This document shows positions 27,890 through 44,780 of a stretch of DNA of 64,000 nt, piece by piece. Source of the DNA: the human T2T-CHM13v2.0 reference genome, Homo sapiens. Position 1 is the first letter of the stretch. Every line of letters starts with the position of its first letter. The position numbers were made by a program, and so were the translations under genes. The stretch lies in the NCBI RefSeq assembly GCF_009914755.1, contig NC_060947.1, one strand, 5' to 3'. The notes under the pieces were generated by a model, which worked only from the letters and a program-made list of their open reading frames with translations, had not been told where the DNA came from and searched no databases.

Positions 27890-28895
27890 TTGTTAGGGCC
27901 TCACCTAGATTTCCTCTGTTCCATTTACCGAATCTCTGAGCCCAGCTCCCAGCTTCTGTGTGCTATCAGTAGCTATTAATAACATCTGTGACCTTTCTGG
28001 TACTATCTTTTCGGTTATTGGAGCTGTTTCCTTTGCATAGACAGCCAGAGCCTGGAAGTTCACAGGCCATGCCTATATCTTACTGTTGTAGGACCACAAA
28101 AGCCTGGATCTTTTTTTCTTGGAGTGGGACAAACTTTGAGATGCAACTAACACTTCAGAGTTCACAGTAGGATCAGGGTGAGGCAGGGACTTTGCGTGAA
28201 ATCTTACTCTTGTTTGGCTTCTACCCCTTCTTGGCATATGTGGTAGCCAGCCTCCAAAATGACCTCCGACGACCCTTGTTTTCTGGTTTTCATGCCTTTG
28301 TAGAGTCCCCTTCCACAATAAATAGGGCTTACCTGGGTGACCAATAGGATATTGTGAAAATGATATGTGTGACTTCCAAGGCTAGATCATAAAATTCACT
28401 GTGGCTTCTACCTTGCTCTGTATTGGTCTGTCCTCCCTGGGGGAAGCCATTTGCCTTGTGAAGCAGACACTCAAGTAGTCCTATGAAGAGGTTCATGTGG
28501 CAAGGAACTGAGCCCTCTCTCCAATAGCCAGTACAAGTTTGCCATTTACATGAGGGAGCCATCTTGGAAGTGGATCCTCCAGCCTCAGTCAATCCTTCAG
28601 ATGACTGCAGCCCCAGCTGACAATGTGACTACAACCTCATAAGAGACCCTAAGCCAGAACCACCCAGCTAAGCTACTCCAGATTTCTGACCCACAGAAAA
28701 ATATGAGAAGATAACTATTTGTTGTTATTTTAAGTCACTAGGTTTTGAGGTACTTTTTAGTGTAGCAATGAGAAAAGTGATAAATATTCTGTCCCCCACT
28801 TCCTTTGTTGGTTTCTTCTGGTACCACATGCTTAATGAATAACTTGCACCTGAATTTTATCTCAGGCTCTGCTACTGGTGAGTTTGACTTAGGAC
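27890..28895 (+). mobile_element. LTR16-like ERVL LTR split by an MLT1 insertion
   Basis: LTR16-type sequence at 27890-28237 resumes at ~28786 and ends CTCAGGCTCTGC..GACTTAGGACA. Confidence 0.65.
28238..28786 (+). mobile_element. MLT1 (E/F-like) solo LTR
   Basis: TGTGGTAGCCAGCCTCCAAAATG start; GATGACTGCAGCCCCAGCTGACA; CCACCCAGCTAAG; TTTAAGTCACTAGGTTTTG. Confidence 0.85.
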
Positions 28896-29100
28896 ATTTG
28901 GATTGAAATCTGAACTCTGCCATCTCTAAGCTGTGTGACCTTGGGCAAATCACTAATCTGTTTATTGTGCCTCAGTGAAATGTGAATAATGATAGTACTG
29001 ACCTCTTAGAGTTGTGCGAAGATTAAAGGGGCAATGCTCATAAAGTTCATAGCATTGTGGCAAGCACATTGCTGGAGCTCAAAAAATGTTAGTAATCACT
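28896..29100 (+). mobile_element. MIR SINE
   Basis: CTGTGTGACCTTGGGCAAATCACT..GTGCCTCAGT core. Confidence 0.85.
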
Positions 29101-29868
29101 ATGAGGGTAGCAGTACAGGGTGGCAGTTGTTAGCCTTAAGATCTAAACCAAGTGGAATTTTTCTTCTAGCCTCTGTGGCCCCTGTTATCCACCATGCTGG
29201 CTTTTGACCATAAGGAAGTATGAACAGGAGGCTGTGGATGCCTCAGCCCAATTTGGTAAAAAACAAAACAAAAAAACACAAAACATAAAAATAATTCAAG
29301 GCACATGTGTTTCTTCTCCTTGCGGTAGGTCAATAGTGTCATCTTTATAAATGAAACTCAAACCATTGCATTATTGTGATAAAATCTGCCATTTTACCTT
29401 AAGTAAACAAACCTTGCTGCCTGATCCGTCACTGTTCCTACCACAAAGGAGGTGTAAAGCTGAAGCAGTTATTTCAACAGCTAAGTGACAATATTTTTCT
29501 GCTGGAAACAACAGACCAGACAGTGCCATCCTCCCATAGCTTTTTACATTCAGGAAACAGTGTTATAAGGCAATGCCCCAATTAAGAATCTTTTTAAAAG
29601 AGATTCTTTTATTCTAGTAAGGCTGGTTTAAAAAAAATCTTCATGTAATATTAACATATGCGTATGAATAGATATTGGACAATTGTAATAGACTGGAGAA
29701 AAGATGATCATGTTCTGACAATGAGGATATAATGAAGAAAAATCAGAATTCTGCAAGCTGAACAGGCAGTGGAAGATGAGGGGATTCTGGACATCGGACT
29801 CCAGTTAAGTAGCAACAAGAGAGAATTCTGCCTTAATGAGGAATATAAGGGAAGAATCTCAACCATAA

Positions 29869-30349
<481 letters not shown>

Positions 30350-30944
30350 CCCAGAAACAGTTTTGACACTCAACACTTTGTGAGTCCATTGCAGTTTGTC
30401 CTATTTCCAGGATTCTCTGAGGAATACTCCCTAAAACAGGCATGGCTAGTTATGTTGCTTATTCAGAGCCTTTCTTGAGATTCCTGTGGAATTTGTGATT
30501 AAGCCAACCCATGAAACTGGCATCTGATACCAAGAGAAATGTTCCTTTTGGCTCAGTAATAGTTCTGCTTCAATGCATGTGGGCTGAGCCTGCCAATAGT
30601 CATGGAAATGGTGCACTGAGGTTTAAAAAAGGGACGTTTGATTGAGAACAAAAGTCACAGAGAACTTTTCTGAAGGTCTTTGGTCAGCACGAGAATTATT
30701 CTTTAATGGCACAGGGAGAGGGGAATCTTAAGCAGCTCTGACCTTTTATCAATCGTGAAGAATTGGCCATCATTGTGTACATCATTGAATTTCAAAGCAT
30801 TTAAGCTCTTGCTTATCCAGTACTCCCCCTAGCAGTCTGCACGAAGTGGGTTAACTGGGCACTCACACACTGTTGGTAGGAGGACAAATGGCTACAGCCT
30901 TTTAGTAGGCAATTTAGGAACGTGCATCAAAATTCAAAATGCAT

Positions 30945-31400
30945 GGTATCAGTCAAGGTCCTGGCATGAAACAGATGGCACTTTCAAACTGGGTAATTGA
31001 GGGCATGCGATAAAGGGCTTAGGGAAGCCAACAAGGGATGGTTGGCCAGAGCAGCAAACCATTACTACCCTAGGTCTGAGGGGTGAGAGTAAGGAGTGGT
31101 TAGCAGAACTTGGAACTGTATGGAAGGGTCAGCTTGCCAGGAGCTGTGGCCTTTGACAAAATGATACAGCCAATCTACTCCGATAGCAGGGAGGGTATTG
31201 AGAGAAACAAATAACCCAGAGTCACTCTCTTCCTTTCTTCCAATCTCTTCCCTGTACCTCCCACTAGCAAAATCCAAACAGAAGCCAGAGGCAAGGGAGC
31301 CTATAGTTATAGTCCATATGGGTCAGTCTTCTTGGGCAAGAAAGAGGGTGCTAAAGGGTACGAGTGGGTCTGCAGTGACAGGCAGAAACTATCTGGCATA
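30945..31400 (-). mobile_element. LTR41-like ERVL solo LTR inside an old L1ME 3' fragment
   Basis: GTATCAGTCAAGGTCCTGGCATGAAACAGATGGCACTTTCAAA start; L1 3'-type sequence on both sides (30860-30944, 31400-32230). Confidence 0.6.
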
Positions 31401-31481
31401 TGCATATACCTTTTGATTCTGCAATCCTATTTTTACAATCCATCCTGTAGACATGTTCCTTCAGGCTTTCAAAGATCATCA

Positions 31482-31830
<349 letters not shown>

Positions 31831-33144
31831 GAAAAAAGGAAAAACATTAAATAAAGACACATCCATATTATAGAATACCATGCAGCTATTAGGAAGAATA
31901 AGATAGACTCTCTATGTGCTAATATGGAAATGTGTCCAAGATGCAGAGTCATGTCAGAAGATGCAAAAACAGTAAACAAAAAAGAAACACAAAACACAAG
32001 TGGCAGATCAGTATCTAGAGTGTGATCCTATTTTTGTTAGGGAAACAACAACAAAAAAAATCATAAACAATGACATGTGCATTTAAATACTTATACTCAA
32101 ACCTGATTGGGGATGAGCAGGTAAAAAGGAACTTTTAGTATTTTTCCTAGATGCATTTTTATTGCTTGAAGTGCTTATCAGAACACATTTGTATATTACT
32201 TGTGTAATTAGATAAATCTAAGAAATAAGAAAGTGCAACTGTAAAACTTGGGGTAGGTAAAATGGTTAACTCCTGATGGGCAGAAATGAATCCCCTCCTC
32301 AATTCCTTTCCTTCCTTGTCGCTCTGCTTCTAGTCTGTTTTGTGGGCATTGATGGCCTTTGATGTTCAGTCTCAGTCCTGCCACTTGACAAGACAATGCT
32401 TGGCAAACCTAGGGAATTAGGCTTCATGTTTAATTCTCCTTCAGCCTGTTGGGCGTAGGATGTGCTTCCTGAGCTGTTTGCTTTCACTTTTCGATCTTGC
32501 TGTGTTAGTTCCTAAACTCAACCATGTTGTACTAAGACTTAAGCAAAATGTAGGAAATGCACAGTGACCCATGCCTGTAGATCATGTGTAGCTGGAATCT
32601 TTGAACTTCCTATCTGAGTCTCACACCTTCTCTATTGCACATTGTCCTGTTGCTTCATCTCTGTCCTACTTTCTGATTGCTCAAGTCCTCCCATTTGGTA
32701 TCCACAATGTTTGAGTATGCTAGCTTGCCCTTGTAACTTATTATTGTTGTTTCATTCTGTCATTTTTTTTTTTGGTTGTACTTCTACTAGCCTTCCCCTT
32801 TGGCTAGATGAAGGAGCCATTGCTATGCCCTGCCTTATCTGACAGCCCTGCCGGGCATGGCCCCATTTCTTCCCTACACTCTGACTCTGACCTAAAAAGC
32901 CCATGTCTAGAGAAGCTCCTGCCTTGGTTTCCAAATGCACTAAGGTTTCTTCATTTGTGCAGTCTTCCCTGGACCCAACTTGCATGGTTGGGACCTGCCC
33001 GTCTTGTCTAACTCTTACTAACGTTTTCTCACCAAAGGGATATTCACCTTGCTTCCTGTACATCCAAGTTCTTTCTGTCTTGCTCTAAATCAAGGAGACC
33101 ACATGGAACCACTTGCTGCAAACTCTTGAGTCTTTTTGTTATTG

Positions 33145-33324
33145 AGTGGTTCTCAAAGTATGGTCCCTAGCCCAGCAGTATTATTATCACTTGGAAACTT
33201 GTAAGAAATGCAAATCCTCATTCTCACTCAGACTTATTGAATCCGAATCTCTGGAGCTGGGGCCCAGCAAACTGCTTTTAACCTCCAGGAGGTTCTGATG
33301 CATGTTGATGTTAGAGGACCACTG
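33145..33324. mobile_element. MER5A hAT MITE
   Basis: AGTGGTTCTCAAAGT ... GAGGACCACTG termini; GAAATGCAAAT and GGGGCCCAGCAA core. Confidence 0.85.
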
Positions 33325-33365
33325 GCCTAGATACTCTGACTATCCCACAATGGCTCTTAAATATG

Positions 33366-33535
33366 AAGTTCTCAGATTTTAGTGTGTATAGGAATCAGCT
33401 GAGGAACTTGTTTGTAAATGTAGATTACAGCATTCTACCCACAGACAGACTGATTTATAGAGTGAGGTTCAAAGATTTTTATTCAAAAATATTCTACTCA
33501 AGAAGTCTGGGGAAGGTATTTTGAGGAATATTGTC
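33366..33535. mobile_element. MER5B-like MITE
   Basis: GTTCTCAGATTTTAGTGTGTATAGGAATCAGCTGAGGAACTTGTT..AATGTAGATT. Confidence 0.6.
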
Positions 33536-34344
33536 TTAGTTTTTGGATGAGCTCCAAGTTCTCCAGGGAGTTGGGCCACTTACAAGTGACCCAGGCCCTC
33601 CTTTAGAGTAGAGTTAGATGTCTATACTCCAGTCTATTTCTACCCATTAATCACTTTCCCCATTTATAAACTTCTTATAGCCAAGATCTTAGAATGCCTC
33701 ACAGCTGGGTTCAATACAGGAATTACAATGACACAGAATTACTATCTGGTAAAAGATTATCAATTCAAATGGACAGCTATTTCTTCTCCATGATAGGAGT
33801 GGAGGTGTATTGTGAGACGGATTTTTTTAGACCTCCTATCTTTTTCTATTTCAGTCAGGAAAGTTTTCTGGTGCCCAGGCAAACTGCTTGCCATATGTTT
33901 GCATTGACTCAAATAATGCATTCATAGAAGCTGACACAGTGATTATAACACTACCTGGTAAGTCTTATCATTTCAGTTAAGCACATATTTTGGAGCATAG
34001 TTTATATGGGGCATAGTTATTGACATATGGTTGTATCAATTGGCATACTTAATAAACTATGCCAAGCAAATATGTGTCTCTTGACTGGTTTCCCTTTTCT
34101 ATTGTGAAAAGGTGCTCTATCATATCTCCACTATTGGAAGTAGCCTTCTGATTTTCAGAGCAAATATCCTGCCAAATTTGCCCTTAATAGCAACCTTCAA
34201 GACCAAATTTGTTCCTGTCTGGAGGTTGTAACCTAAGTCTGAACTGCTTGTCTTAAACTCTTTCAGCTGATTCAGTTCATTCAACTCAGGATTCAAATCT
34301 TGTTTGGCCTTCACCAAACAATTCAGCCTGAAGGTCTAGGATCA

Positions 34345-35250
34345 TTCCTGGTCTTACCTCAAGTCTGACTCATCATCCAAGTCCAGGGTCCAATGACACC
34401 TGCTTTGTCAAGCCTACCTTAACAGGTCCCCTCCCTATCAGTGTTCCTCTTAAACCTCTGTATTTATACCAATCATCATTTTTGTTCACAAGAAACTGAA
34501 AAAGGCCATTTGAAATTAAGTACCAGTGTGACTATCTCTCTATACTGCATGTTTCTTGAAAGTAAGAATTATATTTTCATACACCCTTGTATACCTTGTA
34601 GCATATCAAGCAGTGCTCTGCATATATGTGTTCGGAATGTCACCTGGATTGGATAGAAGAATGAAAGACTACTTTATTGTCTGAAGGGCACCTGGGAATC
34701 AAGTTATCCATAGCACAGTCCACAGGGATTAGCCATCTTGGTCCATGTTGATGAAGTGGATATGACTATTCTCCATGCCAAGAAATAAGAAATAGTAATA
34801 CATAGTAAAGCATTTAAGGCAGCCCTGGGTGTGCTAATGTGGGGTATAGATGGTAGAACTATTTACAGTACTTTTCTTGTTCATTTACACATCTCTTCAA
34901 CTTGTATCTATCGAGCATCCACTACATCAAATGCACTGTGCTGAGTACTAAGGAGGATACATAAGAGAATAATATGAGGTACCCACCCCTGACTCTTTTG
35001 ACTTCAAGGAGCTTCAGGAATAACTTTTTGGGAGATGAGAAATGTACATAAAAACAGATGGCAATGCAAGATAGTACTTAAGTACAATATGAAGATTGTT
35101 GAAGCTCAGAGGCAGAAGTGATCATAGTGGACTGGAATGGTCTGGAGAAAGTGTGCTCCACTTTCTCCAGTGGAAGGCTAGAAAGATTAAGATTACAAGG
35201 TGTTGGATATTCTAGCCAGGAGAACTGTTGATGGAATATGCATGTGTGTC
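34345..35250. mobile_element. L2 fragments (plus ~34345-34665, minus ~34880-35250)
   Basis: L2 3'-end motifs (CATTTACACAT..TATCGAGCATCCACTA..CACTGTGCTGAGTACT). Confidence 0.6.
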
Positions 35251-36584
35251 TATGGAACAATAGATAAACTACAGTTTTTAAAGCATGGAACCTAGCAACC
35301 TTGAGCTCTCGGATCTCAGTCAGTGGGATCATGGACATCGCTAGTGCTCAATCATAATCTGGTTCCTACAGCACTCAAATCTCTTGGTTACTAGATATCC
35401 ACACACTAACTAACCTGAGCCACTTGGTTATCTCCCTCATGGGTCATCTCTGCTGGAAAGATGCTTACCTTTCAAATAGTATTTTTCTCTCTTTTCTCAT
35501 AAAGTTGCCTCTTTGGGGTTTAGTTATGTATGTCTTCAGAGACAGCACTAAGGGAGACTCAAGCTCAGTTCACTTTACTACCTATCTGTTGCACAATTTG
35601 AAGCATGTGGCATGCATTGGTTGTCCACTCCTAGGATTGCAGTGTGTGTAGTTAAACCATAAGCTCCAAAATTCTATACACAGTCCCTCCTATGGGGCCT
35701 GGGAATTTCTCTACTTATTGAGCCCCAGGGCCTGCCTGACTACCCCAGGGCTTCCTGAGGAATGCATGCAAATTAGACCCAAACAGTGACACCAGATGAC
35801 ACTTAATTTTTATTTGTGCTTGAATACCTCTTAAAAAATGCACATAACATCTAGAACCACCCTCAAGGGACTTATTTTGACTATCTCTTCATGGAAATAA
35901 CTAATATGGGTTCAAGCTGAATATATTATGGAACTATTTCAAGGATGATTTCTTGGGTTTGTTTTCCCTTTCTCAAGGATATCACTGTGCTCTTCATAAT
36001 TGGCAAATTAGATATTGTGAAAGGGAAGGAAAAATGAGCAATGAGAGCAGTAACATGCCAAGAGGGCAGCAATAGAAGCAGCTAATGGTGAGGGTTGCTT
36101 CACAGGCTTGCACTGTGCAGGTGCAGCTCCCTAAGGAGAAGAGCCAATGTATTATGCCGTAGAAAGACAAAAGAAGCAAGTGAGACAAAAGAAGCATTTG
36201 GGTGTTGGTGACTGCTTTGCAAATATTTTAAGAGCTGCGTTTTTGACTTGTTTTCCTTTCTAGAGATATTACCTTGGTACTATCATTTATATGACATTGC
36301 CAGGAAGCTCTCTTGACCAGTGATGCCTTGTTAGCATGGGCCTCCATGCCAAGAACAGACATTCAGGCTTCCATGAGCATTTTCAGCCAGGGGTAATTGA
36401 GATAATCTGGAGGCTAAAGTCAGAATGAGACCCACTGTGTGTTCAGCCAGTACTGTACAGCTTCCTAAAGCTTCCATGGCAGGATTTGTGTTTCTCATGG
36501 CACAGCTTCTACTCAACCAACGTGGCTCCTTTCAAGAAAATCGTAAATTTTTTTTGTAAAGAAAAAGAGGCAAAAGAGGCTGGA

Positions 36585-38272
36585 AGGGGTTAGAGCAAGA
36601 TGGCAGAATAGAAGTCCCCATTGATTATTCCCCCCAATAGGGACACCACATTCAACAACCAGCTACACGAAAAAGCACCTTCATAAGAACCAAAAATCAG
36701 TTAAGCACTCACATTACCGGTTTTTAACTTCATATCACTGAAAGAGACACTGAAGAGGATAGGAATGACAGTCGTATTACCAACACTACCCCTCTGCCAT
36801 TTCTCCACAACAGCTGCATGGCATGGAGAAATCTGTGCACGTGGGAGAGGGAGAGTGCAGTGATTGAGACTTCATACTGAATTCAGGGCTGCCCTGTCAC
36901 AGAAGAAAGCAAAAACTGGGCTGAACTCAGCTGATGCCTGTTTATGGAGGAAGCATTTAGGTGAGCCTTAGCCAGAGGGGAATAGCCCATCTCAGCGGTA
37001 GGAACCTGAGTTCTAGCAACCCTTGCCACTGTGCGCTGAAGTACTCTGAAAGGCAATCTAGGCCACAAGGACTGCAAGTCCTAGGGCTGAGCTGAGCTCA
37101 GAGCCAGTGGACTGGGTGGGGGACAGATACATGACTTACTGGAACACCAGCAAGACAACTTAGAGATTGCTTGTGCTACACCTTTCCAAACCCTAGGCAG
37201 CACAGCTCACAGCTTCAAAAGAGACCCTTTCCTTCTACTTGAGGAAAGAAGAGGAAAGAGTAAAGAGGACTTTTGTCTTGCATCTTGGATAATAGCTTAG
37301 CCATAGCAGGATACGGTACTGATCAGAGTTGTGAGGCCCCCATTTCAGGCCCTAGCTCCTGGATGACATTACTAGACACATTCTGGGCCATAAGGGAACC
37401 TGCTGCCTTGAAGGGAAGAAACAAGTCCTGGCAGGATGCATCACCTGTCGATTAAAGAAACTTTGGGCCCTGAATAACCAGCAGTGATACCCAGGTAGTA
37501 TGCCATGGGCCTTGGGTGAGACTCTGAGACATGCTGGCTTCAGGTGAGACCCAGCAATTCCTGGCTGTGATGGCTATGGAGACAGACACCTCTTGTTTGA
37601 GAAAAGCAGAGGGAAAAACAAAGGGAACTAGGTTTAGCACCTTAGGTACCAGCTTGGCCATAGTGGGGTAGAGCACCAAGCAGGCTCTTGGGGTCCCCAG
37701 CTTCAGGCTTTGGCTCTTGGACAGCATTTCTGGAGCTGTCCTGGGCCAGAGGAGAGCCTAGTGCCCTGAAGGGTGAGTCCCAGGCCTGGCAAAATTCACC
37801 ACAGGCTGACTGAGGAGCCCTTGAGAATTCAGTGAACATCAGTAGTAGCCTAGAAGTACAGCCTGTGGGCCTTTTAGTGGTGATGGCCACAGAGAGAGGC
37901 TCCTCTGCCTGTGGAAAGGGGAGGGAGAGAAGAGTTAGAAGGACTATGCTTTGTAATTTGAGGGCCAGCTAAGCCACAGTAGAATAGTACACCAGGTAGA
38001 ATTCTAAGGTTTTTGATTCCAGTCCCTAGCTCCCAAGTAGCGTCTCTGGACCTGCTTAGGGCCTGTGGGAGTTTGCCACCCTGAATAGAAGAATGCAAAC
38101 CTGGATAGCCTTGTCACCTCCTGATTGTGGAGCCCTAGGGTCTTCAGCAAACATAGACAATAGCCAGGTAGTGGTTACAGTGGTCGCTGGGTGAGACCCA
38201 GTGCTATGCTGGCTACAGGTCTGACCCAGACAGTCCCAGTGGTGGTGGCCACAGAGGTGCTTGTGTCACTCC
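36585..38272 (+). mobile_element. Isolated L1 5'UTR (L1M1/L1M2-type, L1MA/L1PB era)
   Basis: GAGCAAGATGGCAGAATAGAAG start; AAAAAGCACCTTCATAAGAACCAAAAATCAG; internal ~320-360-bp degenerate repeats; no ORF1 follows. Confidence 0.82.
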
Positions 38273-38279
38273 ACAGCAC

Positions 38280-39345
38280 TATTTACTCAATATTTTCACT
38301 TCAATATCACCTCAAGGTCAACATGTCCAAGACTGAATTTATAAAATTAAACTTATGGTCACTTCTCACTATCTTCCAATAAAAGAAAAATAAATGCCAC
38401 TTATCCCTGTTTTAGAATTCCATATTTTAGTGAATGTCACCTTTATCAACAGTGTCTCAAGAAAAAACAGAGGTATAGATGATGCCTCCCTTTTTACATG
38501 CCAGTTTCTTATCTATCACCAAGTCCTGTTGATTTTACTTCTTAACATTTCACAACCCTGTCCACTTCTTTTCATTTCCCCAGCACCACCATTTTCCTAG
38601 ACCAAACCATCAGTATGTTTTGAGTGAACTGCTGCGAAAGCTCACAAACTAGTCTCCAGAGATCCATCTTTCAGTCAGAATGGACACAAGTGATATCATG
38701 TGTATTTTCATTCATTTCTCTATCCCCAGCGCTAGAATAGCACCTAGCAATAGTAAGCATGCTAAGTATATGCTGATTATTTAAATAAATGACTTTCCTC
38801 AAGACATTAAAGAGCAATATCTTTGACATGGCCAATAGGATGCTGCATTATTTGTCCCTGCCTAGCACTTCAGTATCATCTGTCATCAGTGTCCTTCCCA
38901 AGGTCTTACTTTCTGTGCCTCAACCAAACTGGGATTCTTTAAGCTTCTAGAACAAATCCTGCTTCTTATATCAGCAGGGCCTTTGCACATACAGTCCGCT
39001 TGGCCTGGGTTGTAGTCCTCCTTCAACTAATGAGCTACCCTTCATTCAACTCTTAGGCCACATGCTGCCTCCCCAAGAAAGCCTACCCTCCCCGTTCTCC
39101 CAGACCTCACAGATTTCTTAGTAATTTCTTAGTAATCCTAAGAGGCCCAAAACCCTTTCTTTTACAACACTTTTCTCCATTTGTAATGATGTATTCATTA
39201 TTGTGGTCAATTGACTAGTTTCTGTTTCCTTATTTAAACTGGAATTTCCACAAGAGCAAGGGAAATGTCTTCTTTTGCTAACTAGCACCTAGCACCTTGC
39301 CTGGACTATAACTGGTACACTATGAATGTTTACTAAGTGAAGGCA
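38280..39345 (+). mobile_element. L2 fragments
   Basis: CACCTCAAGGTCAACATGTCCAAGACTGAA, CACCAAGTCCTGTTGATTTTACTTC, GGGCCTTTGCACAT. Confidence 0.75.
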
Positions 39346-39582
39346 AATACTTTATTGAGAAATTAATTAATTATAACTAAATATTTGATTATGTTGTGAC
39401 ATTTCTAGATGTCACTGCAAATAAAGTAACAATTTGAGCACACTTATGGTATTGTCTGTCTTTTCTATTACTTTCCCTTCAGTAGAGTGTAGTCTACTAT
39501 AGGTGTGTAGTTTTTAAAAATTGAGTCGTTCATCACCTTAGGGAAGACAGTAATGAAAGTATTCATTTAGAATACAAGCTGT

Positions 39583-39820
39583 GACAGAAAACCAAACACC
39601 GCATGTTCTCACTCATAAGAACATTGAAAACACATGGACACAGAGAGGGGAACAACACACACCAGGGCCTGTTGAGGGGTGGGAGGTGAGGGGAGGGAAC
39701 TTAGAGGATGGGTCAATAGGTGCAGCAAACCACCATGGCACACATGTATCTACGTAACAAACCTGCACGTTCTGCACATGTATCCCATTTTTGTTTTAGA
39801 AGAAATAAAGAAAAAAAAAA
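39583..39820 (+). mobile_element. Short 5'-truncated L1PA (8A/10-like) 3' end
   Basis: L1 3'UTR plus A tail; exact 14-bp TSD AGAATACAAGCTGT at 39569-39582 and 39821-39834; TT/AGAA endonuclease site. Confidence 0.95.
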
Positions 39821-40584
39821 AGAATACAAGCTGTAAACAGACAGAATCCTAACTTCTATGTTTATGAAGTTAAAAGTTTAGAAGTTTATCATTTGTTACT
39901 GCCATCAGGTAGCAAGACACTTTTAACTGGTGTTTCAGGACCTAAGAGGAAATGAACTGGGTAAAAACAAATAGAGTCAGCCATAAAATTAAATGGCTTG
40001 ATTCTTTACTCTGCCAAGTGTCTGAGGGGGAATTATTTAATTTAGCCAGTGAGTCAACAAGTCAGTCTAATTCTCTAAATCTGGTTATTTTCCTTAGCAA
40101 AATGTATTTGTTCTCTTCACCACAAAAGCATATTTGCAGAAGATGTTGACTATGAAATTCCTTTTGCCACAGTTATTGAAAAAGAATATAAAGAGCCACA
40201 TAATAATTAGACAATTGATGTTCTCAAAACAAGATTAAGATTCTCATTCCCACTCAAAGTAATTCTTTGTCAACTGAGCTATGAAAACTCTCTCTGCCCA
40301 AAAGGGAACCAAATTTAAGCACTTAAATGTCTCTAATATAAATCCTGAAAACTTATGACACTTTTAGTCATTTGGTGGTAGCGTCTTTCTTAAAATATTT
40401 GGAAGTATTAAATATTATTTTACCTATTTCAGAATTGTAAGCCCCAACTGTTTTTCCAAGTCTACATATGTATCAAATTAAAAATATTTTTAAAAAGTTA
40501 ATGAAAACAACTATGTATTTTTCTTGGTGGATATTCCAAGTAAATCACTATGCTCTGTAACAGTATCCTCTTGTAGTTTACAGC

Positions 40585-40765
40585 ATGCGTTGCTTAATTT
40601 GATCCACAGAATAATCCTATGAAAAAAGCATTTTTATCCTCCCCTGCTATTCCCAAATGGCAAAACTGAGTGTTCCCCTCATCATCAAATAGTAAATAGT
40701 GAAGCTTATAATTCATTAATATCTTCAGATTCCAAGTCCCATAATGGTTTGCTCTACACAAGTCT
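40585..40765 (-). mobile_element. MIR fragment
   Basis: ATAATCCTATGA..TTTTATCC..AAATGGCAAAACTGAG. Confidence 0.55.
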
Positions 40766-40969
40766 GAAGAGAAGAACTATCAATAAGTTTAAATCACTGG
40801 GAGAATAAGCCAGAACAAATTGTCAAAGTTTCCAGTATCCCCAAACTTCAATAAGAGAAGTCTGAGGCGGGTGATAGTGATTATCAAATTTCTGCAGGGT
40901 TACTAAGATCTGTTCTTGTCCCTCCTAACTCCAGAATAAAAAGAAATGGACTCACCTAAAGACAAGTTC

Positions 40970-41340
40970 TGTTCATTTATTGAGCTCCCAATATATACCA
41001 AGCACTGTCCAAGGTTCTGGAAATACAAAGATGGCTAAAACATGGCCCCAATACCCTAGGGCTTCATGGTCCTTTGGAGAAGATGAACACATAAACAGGT
41101 AGTCATGAGTCAATGTGGCAAATGCAGTGAAAGATGTGCAGAAGGGCTTTTGGAACACAGAGAAAGCCATCTACATTGGCCTACAGTATGTCAGAGAAGT
41201 ATCCTTACTGAAGATAGCCCCAAAGGCCAACTGGACATCATGATGCATTTGGGATACAAGTTCTGTGAGAATAAGAGGACTAATTTTACTTATTTTTGTA
41301 TTCCCCAGTACCTAATACATGACTAGTGCTCAATGCATTA
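40970..41340. mobile_element. L2 3'-end fragments
   Basis: CATTTATTGAGCTCCCAATATATACCAAGCACTGT; TGTATTCCCCAGTACCTA..GTGCTCAAT. Confidence 0.65.
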
Positions 41341-41436
41341 GTGTATTTAACCAAACTGAACTGCCAGATCAGAGATTCTGAAGAGGCTCATGAAATGCTT
41401 GTCCTCTTTCTTGGAAAGAAATATGGCCCTCAGGCA

Positions 41437-44207
<2,771 letters not shown>

Positions 44208-44514
44208 GGCCACATGATGAATGTCTTTTCAGTTCCTCAGTTAACCTGATTTTTCCTATCAAGAAATATTTTCAAATCTGTGGAATTTCCTTCTATTAGA
44301 ACTCTGGGCAATAAATTTAATCTTTTTTTTTTAACAGTGGTTCTATCTGAGAGAGAAACACAAAAGGTTTCCTCCAGCCCAGTGATCTTTGACTCTTGCC
44401 CTGGATTTTTCTTACTTAAAAGAAAAAGTGGTTTTGTATGCTAATCAGTGCCTATTGCATTAAATGGCCTCATATATTAACATTGCATTTGATAAAACCA
44501 TAAATTTAACAGTC

Positions 44515-44780
44515 TCTTATTTATTCAGTTATCAAGTTCTATTAATTCTACCTCAAAACTGACTCTTGAATCTCTCCTTTTTTCTTATTTTTTAAAATTG
44601 TATACTGCCTTGTCATCATCTCTTGCCTAGACTTTTGCATTAACATTCTAATCCCATGTTTACAAAGCTTCCAAAGTTATCTGGAGACTATTTTTCAAAA
44701 ACCTTTGATGGGTCTCCATCACTAATGTGATAAATTCAACACCCTTTAGCATGGTTTACTAGGTCTTTATGTCCTGAAAA
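44515..44780 (+). mobile_element. L2 fragment
   Basis: ATCAAGTTCTATTAATTCTACCTC..CATCATCTCTTGCCTAGAC..AAATTCAACACCCTTTAGCATGG. Confidence 0.6.
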
